A stretch of DNA of 64,000 nucleotides from a virus. Below the pieces are notes generated by a model that saw nothing but the letters and a program-made list of their open reading frames with translations, was not told the DNA's origin and did no database searches. Positions 53,389-62,152 of the stretch are shown in pieces; within the stretch, counting starts at the first letter, position 1, and each line of letters starts with the position of its first letter. The stretch is taken from positions 1 through 64,000 of IMG/VR virus record IMGVR_UViG_3300027782_000044; one strand, 5' to 3'. The position numbers were made by a program, and so were the translations under genes.

Positions 53389-56300
53389 TTATGCGCTTAG
53401 ATCTCCAGCAAGTAACCATGTGTCTGTTGCGACCTTAGTTAATGTTGCTGATGAGTATGTTGTTCTTAATTTTAAACCTGGTGTACGAAGAATTGTGACT
53501 CCTACTGCTTCAACAAAGTTTGCACCTGTTCCAGCTGATTGATAGAAATCAATTGATGTTCCAATTGGGAAAGCTAATGTTGCATTTGTTGGCACTGTCA
53601 CTGCAAATGTTCCTGAAATTGGAATTAACTGATCTCTTAATGTAAGACCATGAGTTGGACCTGAAACTCCACCTGTTCCTAGGTTATATGCTGCTCCAAT
53701 TGTTGTTCCAATTGTTGTAAGTGATGGTACGCCAGCTTTTGTTTGTGTTCCATCTGTAAATGCTACGCCTGCTGCTGCAACTGTTACTGTACCAGTAAAT
53801 GTTGGTGAAGCAAGTGGAGCTTTTAGGCCAATGCTATTTGTAATTGTTGTTGAGAATGATGCATCATTTCCAAGAGCAGTTGCCAACTCATTAAGAGTAT
53901 TAAGAGCTGCTGGTGCTGATGCTACAAGATCTGACACTGCTGTTCCTACAAATGCTGTAGTTGCAACTTGTGTAGTATTTGTTCCAGCTGTTGCTGTTGG
54001 GGCTGTTGGAACACCTGTAAGTGCTGGTGAGGAAAGCGGTGCTTTCAAATCAAGTGCGGATGTTAGCCCTGAAATTTTAGATTGTGCAATTGCGGCTGAG
54101 GCGCTTATGTCTCCATCTACAATTGTTAAATCTGCAATCTTTGCTGAAGTAACTGCAGAATCTGCAATTTTTGCAGTTGATACAGCTACGTCTGCAATAT
54201 CTGCTGTTGCAACTGCTCCGTCAGCAATCATTCCAGTAGTAATTGTTCCAGTAGGAAGAGTTACTGTACCAGTAAATGTTGGTGATGCTAGTGGGGCATA
54301 TGTTGAGGCTGCAGTTGCTGAAGATAACTTAGTATCAATCTGAGTTTGAATGGCTGATGTTACTCCATTTACATATCCAAGTTCTGTTGCATCAACTGTT
54401 GAAGAGATTGCTAACTTAGTCCAATCAATTGCTGCTGTGGCATTTATATCAGAGTTAACAATTGTGCCTGCAACAATTTTTGCAGAAGTAATTGAATCGT
54501 CTGCAATTTTAGCAGTAGTTATTGCTGCATCTGCAATTTTTGCAGTTGATACAGCTACGTCTGCAATATCTGCTGTTGCAACTGCTCCGTCAGCAATCAT
54601 TCCAGTAGTAATTGTTCCAGTAGGAAGAGTTACTGTACCAGTAAATGTTGGTGAGGCTAATGGTGCTTTAAGATCAAGCGCTGTCTGAGTAGCAGTTGAT
54701 ATTGGCTTAGCTGCGTCTGAAGTATCGTCAGCATTTGTTAATCCTACCATTGCTTTAGTAACACCAGATACTGTACCAGTAAATGTTGGTGATGCAATTG
54801 GTGCTTTGAGGTCAAGTGCTGTCTGAGTAGCAGTTGATATTGGCTTTCCCAAATCTGATGTATTATTAACATTTGATAAGCCAACATCTGACTTTACAAT
54901 TCCAGTTGGTGTAGTAATTGATGGAGATGTAAGTGTTTTGTTAGTTAATGTTTGTGTACCAGATAGCGTTGCTACTGTTGAATCAATATCAATTGTAATT
55001 GTATTTGCTACATCATCATATACTTTATCTAAACCATTTCCAGCAATTATTGCTGTATTAACAGCATCTTGAGCCAGCTCTGTTATAGCAGAAGAATCTG
55101 CTTTTAGGTCAAGCGCTGTCTGAGTAGCAGTTGATATTGGCTTAGCTGCGTCTGAAGTGTTATCTACAGATCCAAGACCAACCATTGCTTTAGTAACACC
55201 AGATACTGTACCAGTAAATGTTGGTGATGCAATTGGTGCTTTAGAGTCAATTTGAGTTTGAATAGCTGAAGTAACTCCATTTACATATCCAAGTTCTGTT
55301 GAATCAACTAAACCTATTGATGTTGTCGAAGGCAGTGTAACTGTACCAGTAAATGTTGGTGCTGCTAATGGTGCCTTAAGATCAAGCGCTGTCTGAGTAT
55401 CAGTTGATATTGGCTTAGCTGCGTCTGAAGTGTTATCTACAGATCCAAGACCAACGTCTGCTTTAACTAAGCCAGATGGAGAGGTAATTGTTTTATTTGT
55501 AAGAGTTTGAGTTTCAGTTGTTCCAACAACTACTCCTGGAAGGCTTTTGCCTAAAACAGTAGTTAATGTCAGGATATCAATATTATTTATTTTAACTGTT
55601 TTATCAGCAGGAAGATTAATGTTTTCTGAAAAATCCCATGCCGATTTTGCAACACTATATTTAATTGACTTATCTGTTGTTCCCTTTAATATAATTCCAC
55701 CAGTATCTGCTCCTGCATCAGTTGGACTTGATGTTTGTCCTAAAACAATATCCTTGTCTTGAACAGTAAGGGTTGTTGAGTTAATTGTTGATGTCGTTCC
55801 ATTTACTGTCAAGTTGCCAGAAAGTGTTAGATTAACTGCAGTTGCATCTCCAGTAATTGCTGGTGAATTTAGTGGAGCTTTTAAGTCTAAAGCTACAAGA
55901 GTAGCATTTGATACTGGCTTCAAGGCATCTGATGTATTATCTACATTTGAAAGTCCTACTGAAGATTTTGTAAGTGCTGATACTGCAGTTGATATTTTAG
56001 TGTCTGCTGCAGTTCCAGATGAGGCAATTGCTTCTGATTTAGCAGTAGCTACGTTTGCTGTAGTTGCTAGTAGTGAAGTATTTGCAATTCCGTGAATATT
56101 AGTAGTATCTAATTCGTGTGTTGAAAGTGCTGATGCTGCTGCGGCAATTGCTGCATCTTGAGCTGTATTAGCTTTTGCAGTTGCATCAGTTCCCGCTGCT
56201 GTAATGGCTTCTGATTTAGCAGTAGCTACATTTGTTGTAGTTGCAAGAGCGGCTGTATCTGCAATACCGTGTACGCCAGTTGTATCAGATTCGTGAGTTG

Positions 56301-56748
56301 CGATTGCAGCAGAAATAGCTGCTGTTGCTGATATTTCCCGCCAGTTACCATTTGTACTTGCAGGGGAAGAAGCAAGTACATATGTTGTGCCGTTGTCTGA
56401 CTGAATTGCAATATCTCCAGGTTCTGCTGTTAAAGCCAAACGTGCAGCTTGGTTAGCTGCTGAAGAAACTGTTACTTTAGCAAGTGGGGGTAGCTGTGCT
56501 GAAGGAATAAATCCTGATGAGTCTAATGAGGCAACTCCATTTGCAACACCTTTAGTGCTTAAAAGAATATAATCGTCTACCGTTTGTGAGAGAGCATAAC
56601 TTAATGAATTCCAAGGGGTGCTTCCATCTCCAAATTTAAATGTGTTGGTATCTGTTTCAATACCAATTTCTCCTGCTGCTAGTGTTGGGTTGGCGGCATC
56701 CCATTGATCTGCTTCGCCTCTTCTTAATTGTAATCTAACTGTTGCCAT
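53389..56748 (-). CDS. long fibre protein with an Mtd-N-like N-terminal domain
   Basis: LQLRRG...W.AANPTLAAGEIGIETDT..FKFGDG..PWNSL; repeated KAPLASPTFTGTV and DNTSDAAKPISTATQTALDLK; C-terminal DTWLLAGDL. Confidence 0.85.
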   Translation of the reverse strand: MATVRLQLRRGEADQWDAANPTLAAGEIGIETDTNTFKFGDGSTPWNSLSYALSQTVDDYILLSTKGVANGVASLDSSGFIPSAQLPPLAKVTVSSAANQAARLALTAEPGDIAIQSDNGTTYVLASSPASTNGNWREISATAAISAAIATHESDTTGVHGIADTAALATTTNVATAKSEAITAAGTDATAKANTAQDAAIAAAASALSTHELDTTNIHGIANTSLLATTANVATAKSEAIASSGTAADTKISTAVSALTKSSVGLSNVDNTSDALKPVSNATLVALDLKAPLNSPAITGDATAVNLTLSGNLTVNGTTSTINSTTLTVQDKDIVLGQTSSPTDAGADTGGIILKGTTDKSIKYSVAKSAWDFSENINLPADKTVKINNIDILTLTTVLGKSLPGVVVGTTETQTLTNKTITSPSGLVKADVGLGSVDNTSDAAKPISTDTQTALDLKAPLAAPTFTGTVTLPSTTSIGLVDSTELGYVNGVTSAIQTQIDSKAPIASPTFTGTVSGVTKAMVGLGSVDNTSDAAKPISTATQTALDLKADSSAITELAQDAVNTAIIAGNGLDKVYDDVANTITIDIDSTVATLSGTQTLTNKTLTSPSITTPTGIVKSDVGLSNVNNTSDLGKPISTATQTALDLKAPIASPTFTGTVSGVTKAMVGLTNADDTSDAAKPISTATQTALDLKAPLASPTFTGTVTLPTGTITTGMIADGAVATADIADVAVSTAKIADAAITTAKIADDSITSAKIVAGTIVNSDINATAAIDWTKLAISSTVDATELGYVNGVTSAIQTQIDTKLSSATAASTYAPLASPTFTGTVTLPTGTITTGMIADGAVATADIADVAVSTAKIADSAVTSAKIADLTIVDGDISASAAIAQSKISGLTSALDLKAPLSSPALTGVPTAPTATAGTNTTQVATTAFVGTAVSDLVASAPAALNTLNELATALGNDASFSTTITNSIGLKAPLASPTFTGTVTVAAAGVAFTDGTQTKAGVPSLTTIGTTIGAAYNLGTGGVSGPTHGLTLRDQLIPISGTFAVTVPTNATLAFPIGTSIDFYQSAGTGANFVEAVGVTILRTPGLKLRTTYSSATLTKVATDTWLLAGDLSA
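54161..54654. repeat. ~125-bp exact direct repeat inside the fibre gene (54161-54285 and 54530-54654)
   Basis: tctgcaatttttgcagttgatacagctacg...ccagtaaatgttggtga occurs twice. Confidence 0.9.
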
Positions 56749-56801
56749 TTTGTTACCCCTTATATATTTTATTTATACTGCTTATTGTATCATTTATTGC
56801 T

Positions 56802-57167
56802 TTAAGATATGACTCCAGAGTCAAAAACCATAGAAACGTCGGCATCTGTAGAAGATGGAGACCCACCATCTACAAACTTGCTTGTTCCAGCAGGGTTTAC
56901 TCCATTTGCTTGAACTGTATAGATTGGTTGACCATTATAATCAATAGCTAAGCCAATATCCATAAAACTAACCTGTGAAGCTATGTCTGGAATCTCTGAA
57001 TTAAGTGCAATTGGAACCCAAGTTCCATTTATCTGAAGTTGCAACTTATTTGTTACTGTATCAAATCTAAGGGGTGTTTCGCCTAAAATGACATTAGACC
57101 CAAATGTGGCAGTGCCTGCTACATTGAGTCCGTTCTTTACTTTAAAATTCTTATTTTCTGTTGCCAT
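56802..57167 (-). CDS. small fibre-associated protein
   Basis: N terminus MATENKNFKVKNGL paralogous to 57237..58727; DGG motif. Confidence 0.7.
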   Translation of the reverse strand: MATENKNFKVKNGLNVAGTATFGSNVILGETPLRFDTVTNKLQLQINGTWVPIALNSEIPDIASQVSFMDIGLAIDYNGQPIYTVQANGVNPAGTSKFVDGGSPSSTDADVSMVFDSGVIS

Positions 57168-57197
57168 TTAAGTTCACATATCCCCTAAGTGTTTTGG

Positions 57198-57220
57198 TGG
57201 GGTTTTTAAAAGGAACCCCA
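57198..57220 (-). terminator. intergenic hairpin
   Basis: tggggtt...aacccca stem. Confidence 0.5.
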
Positions 57221-57236
57221 TAACCTTGTTATTTAA

Positions 57237-58727
57237 TTATTTAATAAGTGTTGCTACTACGGTTACTGTTGTATTTGCATAAACAGTATTTACTTCTATT
57301 CCAATGTTTCCCGCCACATATGAGGCAGTAATTGTTCCAAGGGAACCATTTGTGCCAGTCTCAGCAAAATCAGTAATTGCTATGTTATTTGATGAGTCTG
57401 TAGTTAGTAGAATTTCTGAAATTTGTGAATGTGTTGCTGTTGCAAACTTTACCCACAATTTAGCTGTTGGATAGTCTGACTTAGCCCATGACATTACAGA
57501 AGAGCCTGTTGCTATTGAAGCAAGAACTGCCTGGGCTGCCCGCTGTGAAACTAGGTCATTTACGTTTACTGCTGTAAACTTTGTAGTACCATTCTTTACT
57601 GCAGTAAGTGCTGATGCTGCTGTAGCCTCTGCTGCTGCCTGAGCTGCGTTAGCTTTTGTAGTAGCATCTGTTGCTGCTGCTGTAGTTGCTGCTGACTGAG
57701 CTGCATTAGCTTTTGTAGTAGCATCTGTTGCTGCTGCTGTAGTTGCTGCTGACTGAGCTGCATTAGCTTTTGTAGTAGCATCTGCTGCTGCTGTGGCTTC
57801 TGCTGCTGCTTGAGATGCATCTGCTTCTGCTTTTGCAAATGCTGTAGTTGCAATCTGAGTTGTGTCAGTGTTTGCTGCTGCAGTAGGTGCTGTTGGCACA
57901 CCAGTAAGTGCTGGTGAAGCAAGAGGGGCCTTTGTTCCCAAGGCTGTGGTAATAGTTGTTGTGTAATTGGCATCATCATTAATTGCTGCTGCTAATTCAT
58001 TTAATGTATTAAGAAGTGATGGTGCTCCGTCAACAAGGTTGTCTACTGCAGTTGAAATTGCTGTATTTCGGTTTGAAACTTCTGTTGAAATTGCAGAGGT
58101 TAATGCTGAGTTTGCTGCTGTTGCTGCTGCTGAAATTGCTGCTGCCTGGGCTGCGTTAGCTTTTGTAGTAGCATCTGCTGCTGCTGTGGCCTCTGCTGCT
58201 GCCTGGGCTGCGTTAGCCTTTGTAGTAGCATCTGTTGCTGCTGCAGTCTGTGCTGCTGAAGCTGCACCGTATGCATCATAAGTATTTGCAGTTACAGATA
58301 TTGCACCTGTTGCATCATTGTATGAAAGACCAGTACCTAAAGAATTACCTATAGCATCTTGAGCTCTTTCATCTGTGTAATATTTATTTGTTGATCCTTC
58401 TGAGATCTCGTCTGAACTATGTCCTGAAAGGCTTGATACTGTTCCAGCTTGACCGCTTACGTTACCAGTTACATCACCAGTTACGTTACCAGTAAGGTTA
58501 CCCGTAAATGTTGCAGTAATTGTTCCTGCAGCAAAATTTCCGTTGGCATCTCTTTTTACAACAGTATTAGCTGTATTGGCTGAGGTTGCTGTACCACCAA
58601 TAATACTAACAATGTAGTCTTGGTCCGCTTGTGCCTTTGTTAATACATCAAAACCATTAACGGTGGCTGAACCACCTTCAACGATAAGACCATTTTTAAC
58701 TCTAAAATTCTTATTTACTGTTGCCAT
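57237..58727 (-). CDS. Ala/Thr-rich coiled-coil fibre protein
   Basis: VKRDANGNFAAG, EGSTNKYYTDERA, APSLLNTLNELAAAI and repeated DATTKANAAQ. Confidence 0.8.
   Translation of the reverse strand: MATVNKNFRVKNGLIVEGGSATVNGFDVLTKAQADQDYIVSIIGGTATSANTANTVVKRDANGNFAAGTITATFTGNLTGNVTGDVTGNVSGQAGTVSSLSGHSSDEISEGSTNKYYTDERAQDAIGNSLGTGLSYNDATGAISVTANTYDAYGAASAAQTAAATDATTKANAAQAAAEATAAADATTKANAAQAAAISAAATAANSALTSAISTEVSNRNTAISTAVDNLVDGAPSLLNTLNELAAAINDDANYTTTITTALGTKAPLASPALTGVPTAPTAAANTDTTQIATTAFAKAEADASQAAAEATAAADATTKANAAQSAATTAAATDATTKANAAQSAATTAAATDATTKANAAQAAAEATAASALTAVKNGTTKFTAVNVNDLVSQRAAQAVLASIATGSSVMSWAKSDYPTAKLWVKFATATHSQISEILLTTDSSNNIAITDFAETGTNGSLGTITASYVAGNIGIEVNTVYANTTVTVVATLIK
57649..57784. 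repeat. 57-bp tandem repeat (19 aa: DATTKANAAQSAATTAAAT)
   Basis: Two identical units plus a partial third; related copies near 58140-58260. Confidence 0.85.
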
Positions 58728-58753
58728 TGATATGACTCCCTTTTACTGCTTTT

Positions 58754-59305
58754 TTATGCTTTTAGTGCTGTTCTAAAATATCTTACTCTTATTGAGCCTG
58801 ATATCGGCGCAACACATAGACTTATTATACCGCTATTTTCTTCAAAAGTTATATTACCCAAAACATCATTTGTATTTGAAATAACATTAGATTCGGACAT
58901 GTAGACATTCGTTCCATCATTTAGAATCAGTACTGTTGAGCTTGTAGTTGAGTTTCCAGCCTGCTTATCAATCTGAATTTTATACTCAACTGTTTTGTAA
59001 ACATTTTTAGAAAACGAATCAATAGTTGTTTTGTTCTCTATACCGTTTATAGTTAAATCATTATTGCCATCTAGTCCTAAAATCTCTGAAGCATTTTCAG
59101 AATCTAGAATAGCAAGATTTTGTTCAAGTTGTGTAACTTTATAGTCTATTGAGTTTGTATCAGTTGACCCATTTACGCCAAGCTTGTTTTCAATTGCTTC
59201 AATTGCATCATTTACATTGCCATGCAGCGTTGCGTGGCCCTCCATTGATTCACTTGATGCGGGATTTGTAAGGTTATCTTTTGATGTAGGATAATTAGTC
59301 GCCAA
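58754..59305 (-). CDS. virion structural protein
   Basis: ATNYPTSKD...VNDAIEAIENKLG N terminus; C-terminal beta domain resembling that of 57237..58727. Confidence 0.7.
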   Translation of the reverse strand: MATNYPTSKDNLTNPASSESMEGHATLHGNVNDAIEAIENKLGVNGSTDTNSIDYKVTQLEQNLAILDSENASEILGLDGNNDLTINGIENKTTIDSFSKNVYKTVEYKIQIDKQAGNSTTSSTVLILNDGTNVYMSESNVISNTNDVLGNITFEENSGIISLCVAPISGSIRVRYFRTALKA

Positions 59306-59669
59306 TTTGGCCTCCGTCCAACAATGTTAACTGCGTGTAACTTGCATTTACATACGATGATGTTGGAGTACCACCGTCTATGCCTATTATAGCAGGACTT
59401 GTTTCTACAACTCCTGCGTTATTGTTAATATCAGAAAAATCAATTGTTTGTTGTAAATTAACTGTATGTACATTTCCATCATAAGAGTGAGTGTGCATAT
59501 AAAATGGAGCGGGATCAGTAGAACCAGGAGTTAAGTCAACCCAAATTGCACCATTGTATATCTTAATGTTTTTACTTGTAACATTAAAGTATACATCTCC
59601 AGATGAGCCAACAAGTGGATCTTCTGCAAGTGTAAGGAGATTGAGTAATGACTTAAACTTTTTGGCCAT
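59295..59669 (-). CDS. small virion/fibre-associated protein
   Basis: GDVYFN...KIYNGAIW motif; HTH; DGG motifs. Confidence 0.7.
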   Translation of the reverse strand: MAKKFKSLLNLLTLAEDPLVGSSGDVYFNVTSKNIKIYNGAIWVDLTPGSTDPAPFYMHTHSYDGNVHTVNLQQTIDFSDINNNAGVVETSPAIIGIDGGTPTSSYVNASYTQLTLLDGGQIGD

Positions 59670-59678
59670 TTTAAATCC

Positions 59679-60974
59679 TTATCCTATTACAACTACTCTA
59701 TATTCTCCAGCTGTTGGGGCAACTGCAAATCTAATAGTTACTACTGAATCTGATGTGTGCTCAACATCTGTTTCTATCTGTGCAAATGGAGAAGCAACTT
59801 CATAAATAGCAGTTACTACGTCTTTTGTTCCTAAATTATGAGTTATTGTATAAGATGTTGCGGATGTGCCAAGAGTAGTTTTATATTTTCTTGTTATTTC
59901 GTGGTAATTTGTGCCATCATTTGTTAATGTCCACTGATCTGATGTTTCATTCCACAAAATTTCTGTATCTGGAGATGTTCCTCGTTCAACACGAATTCCA
60001 GCATCAACTGTTGGAGCTCCAGCAAAATCTGTATTAAGATTAATCTTATTATCAACAATATTTACTTGAGTAGTGTTTACTGAGTTAATTGTTCCAGTTA
60101 CATTTAAGTTACCACCAACTGTTAAGTTATTAGCAATTGTTACGTCATCTGGGAGTCCAATTGTTACAGCTGCTGATTCTCCGCTATTTGGAGAAACGGT
60201 AACTTCATTGGCTGTGCCAACAATTGTGGCTACATAGTCTCCAGTTGTATCTGTTCCAAGAGCGACTGAGTTTGGCTGAATTGTGGTTGATATTGTTACA
60301 TCACCCAAATTGGTCATTGTTGCAGAACCAGTCACATCTCCTGAGAGTGTAATTACTGGATCTTTATTAAGCGATACCGCTCCTGCTGTTACTGTAAAAT
60401 CTGTTGAGCTAAATGAAGCAACACCCTTATTTGTATATGTTGCATCTTCTGCAGATACAGTAATAGTGTTATTTGTTACTGCTACATCTATTCCTTCCCC
60501 GCCAGCTACTGTAAGAGTATCTGTAAGAAGGTCTACGGTGTCGGTTCCAGTATCTCCAGCAACCGAAAGATTGGTTGCTACGTTTACTGTTCCTGCTGCA
60601 GTCAAACGACCTTGAGCGTCAACTGTAAATGTCGGAATTGCTGTGGTTGATCCATATGATCCAGCAGTTACAGCTGTATCATTAAGTTTTAATGTTGTTG
60701 TGCCTGCGGCATCATCATATGTTGCTGTTAATGCTGTACCAGCAAGTACGGATGCACCAATAACGTCTTGAATGACCTCTGTAGATCCAGACATTGCCAT
60801 CCATGGACCATTAGGTGAGGATAGTCCATTGTAGTAGTACATCGTTTGATTTGATGTATCATAATAAATTTGACCAGATACTGGATTTGATGGTGCTGCG
60901 CCTAAGTTTTGGATTCTAGCATTGAGCAACTCATTCTTGTTGAGATCAACGCTAACTAAAAATTTTCTTGCCAT
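59679..60974 (-). CDS. fibre-like virion protein
   Basis: GQIYYDT, VTAGSYG...VDAQGRLT, ITLSGDVTGS and a C-terminal ITHNLGT domain. Confidence 0.8.
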   Translation of the reverse strand: MARKFLVSVDLNKNELLNARIQNLGAAPSNPVSGQIYYDTSNQTMYYYNGLSSPNGPWMAMSGSTEVIQDVIGASVLAGTALTATYDDAAGTTTLKLNDTAVTAGSYGSTTAIPTFTVDAQGRLTAAGTVNVATNLSVAGDTGTDTVDLLTDTLTVAGGEGIDVAVTNNTITVSAEDATYTNKGVASFSSTDFTVTAGAVSLNKDPVITLSGDVTGSATMTNLGDVTISTTIQPNSVALGTDTTGDYVATIVGTANEVTVSPNSGESAAVTIGLPDDVTIANNLTVGGNLNVTGTINSVNTTQVNIVDNKINLNTDFAGAPTVDAGIRVERGTSPDTEILWNETSDQWTLTNDGTNYHEITRKYKTTLGTSATSYTITHNLGTKDVVTAIYEVASPFAQIETDVEHTSDSVVTIRFAVAPTAGEYRVVVIG

Positions 60975-60985
60975 TTGCTATCTCC

Positions 60986-61426
60986 TTATGACAGGTATGC
61001 TGTCCCTGAAAATGGTTGAGCCATTGTCAGTGTTATTTGGTTAGTACTATTGTAATCTATTCCAGTTTCTAAAATATCTCCAGCACTAGATTTTACGGTA
61101 ACATTTGGTTGATACCCTAATCCATGGCTAATAGCAACAGAATATACTCCTAGAGTTGGCCCAGTAACCTGAGTAAGCTCCCATGAATAAGCTAATGTGT
61201 TATTTGTTAAAAATATTTTATTTGAACCAGACCATGTTAGATCTGAAACTTTTGGACCGTGAAATGCTGAAGAAACTGTATCGTAATAAAAATCTCCAGA
61301 AAGTCCTAAATTTGGTGAAGGATTTCCAGAGCCATTAAGAATGGTTCTTCCTCTAGGGCCTTGTGGACCTGGAGAGGATACGACAACTTTATTTATTTGC
61401 TCTCTAACAACTACGGAATCAACCAT
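60986..61426 (-). CDS. virion protein with a short collagen-like stretch
   Basis: PGPQGPRG, GDFYYD, ISHGLGYQPNV, FSGTAYLS. Confidence 0.75.
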   Translation of the reverse strand: MVDSVVVREQINKVVVSSPGPQGPRGRTILNGSGNPSPNLGLSGDFYYDTVSSAFHGPKVSDLTWSGSNKIFLTNNTLAYSWELTQVTGPTLGVYSVAISHGLGYQPNVTVKSSAGDILETGIDYNSTNQITLTMAQPFSGTAYLS

Positions 61427-61773
61427 TATATAGTTACCGATCTATTTAGGGTGAGAAACCCTTCAAGGAGCTTGATCTTATTCGCATTAGAATCTACAAC
61501 CATAATGTCATATACTGATTTTGGATAAAAGAGTTTATTTGTTTGAGTTGGTGTAAGTGTTACAGTTACTTTTCCAAGTGTGCCGTTTATTACTATTCCG
61601 CCGCTTGGAGATGTTAAAGTTACTGCTAACTTTGTTCCACCTTTTACATCACGCACCTGCATTTTTGCAGATGCGCCAGTAAGATCAATCGCATTACCAT
61701 TATCGTCTTTATATTCTACTACAAAGCTAAATGTTGCATTCTGATCTACTTCAAAATTCTTTTGTCCTGCCAT
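61426..61773 (-). CDS. virion structural protein (BppU-N/Ig-like)
   Basis: DQNATFS...IDLTGASAKMQVR...VYDI...LLEG. Confidence 0.7.
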   Translation of the reverse strand: MAGQKNFEVDQNATFSFVVEYKDDNGNAIDLTGASAKMQVRDVKGGTKLAVTLTSPSGGIVINGTLGKVTVTLTPTQTNKLFYPKSVYDIMVVDSNANKIKLLEGFLTLNRSVTI

Positions 61774-61795
61774 TTGCCATAGTCTCCTAAATAGG

Positions 61796-61829
61796 AATAC
61801 TCCTGTACTAATTTTAGCACAGGAGTATT
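61796..61829 (-). terminator. inverted repeat after the holin-like gene, enclosing a -10 element
   Basis: aatactcctgt...acaggagtatt 11-bp stem; TGCTAAAAT (minus strand) at its centre. Confidence 0.65.
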
Positions 61830-61846
61830 TCTAATCGACTATATTT

Positions 61847-62080
61847 TTACTTTTTTGTAAAACCGAACGATGCTTCGTTTGGGTTGAGTGCTTTTAAAAT
61901 TACGGGTGCTGTGGCAGCAAAACCGCCCATTAGTAGGTCTCTTGGACTAGTGTTGCCAGTCATGTATAGAGCAATTGCGGCTCCCAAGAAATGACGTCCG
62001 TAACTTGCCAGTGCTGCTAGAATTTTCTCTTGCATTGTAACCTTTCCATCTCCATTAAGATCTTCTTTAGCTTTTGCCAT
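61847..62080 (-). CDS. holin-like membrane protein with an N-terminal EF-hand-like loop
   Basis: DLNGDGKVTMQE, then two hydrophobic helices and ALNPNE..FG; AAGGAGG RBS. Confidence 0.6.
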   Translation of the reverse strand: MAKAKEDLNGDGKVTMQEKILAALASYGRHFLGAAIALYMTGNTSPRDLLMGGFAATAPVILKALNPNEASFGFTKK

Positions 62081-62152
62081 TTTTGATCCTCCTTATTTCT
62101 AGGCGGGAAGCCTAGGAATTTTGAGCCTTAGCCCAATTCTATAATTGTACCA

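Noticed and set aside
53389-56748. Diversity-generating retroelement target, suggested by the Mtd-N-like domain
   Set aside because: No reverse transcriptase in the window; the repeats seen are identical or synonymous, not adenine-specific TR/VR pairs.
57596-57979. Gln-rich 127-aa ORF
   Set aside because: Alternate-frame reading of Ala/Thr (GCA/ACA) repeats in the fibre gene.
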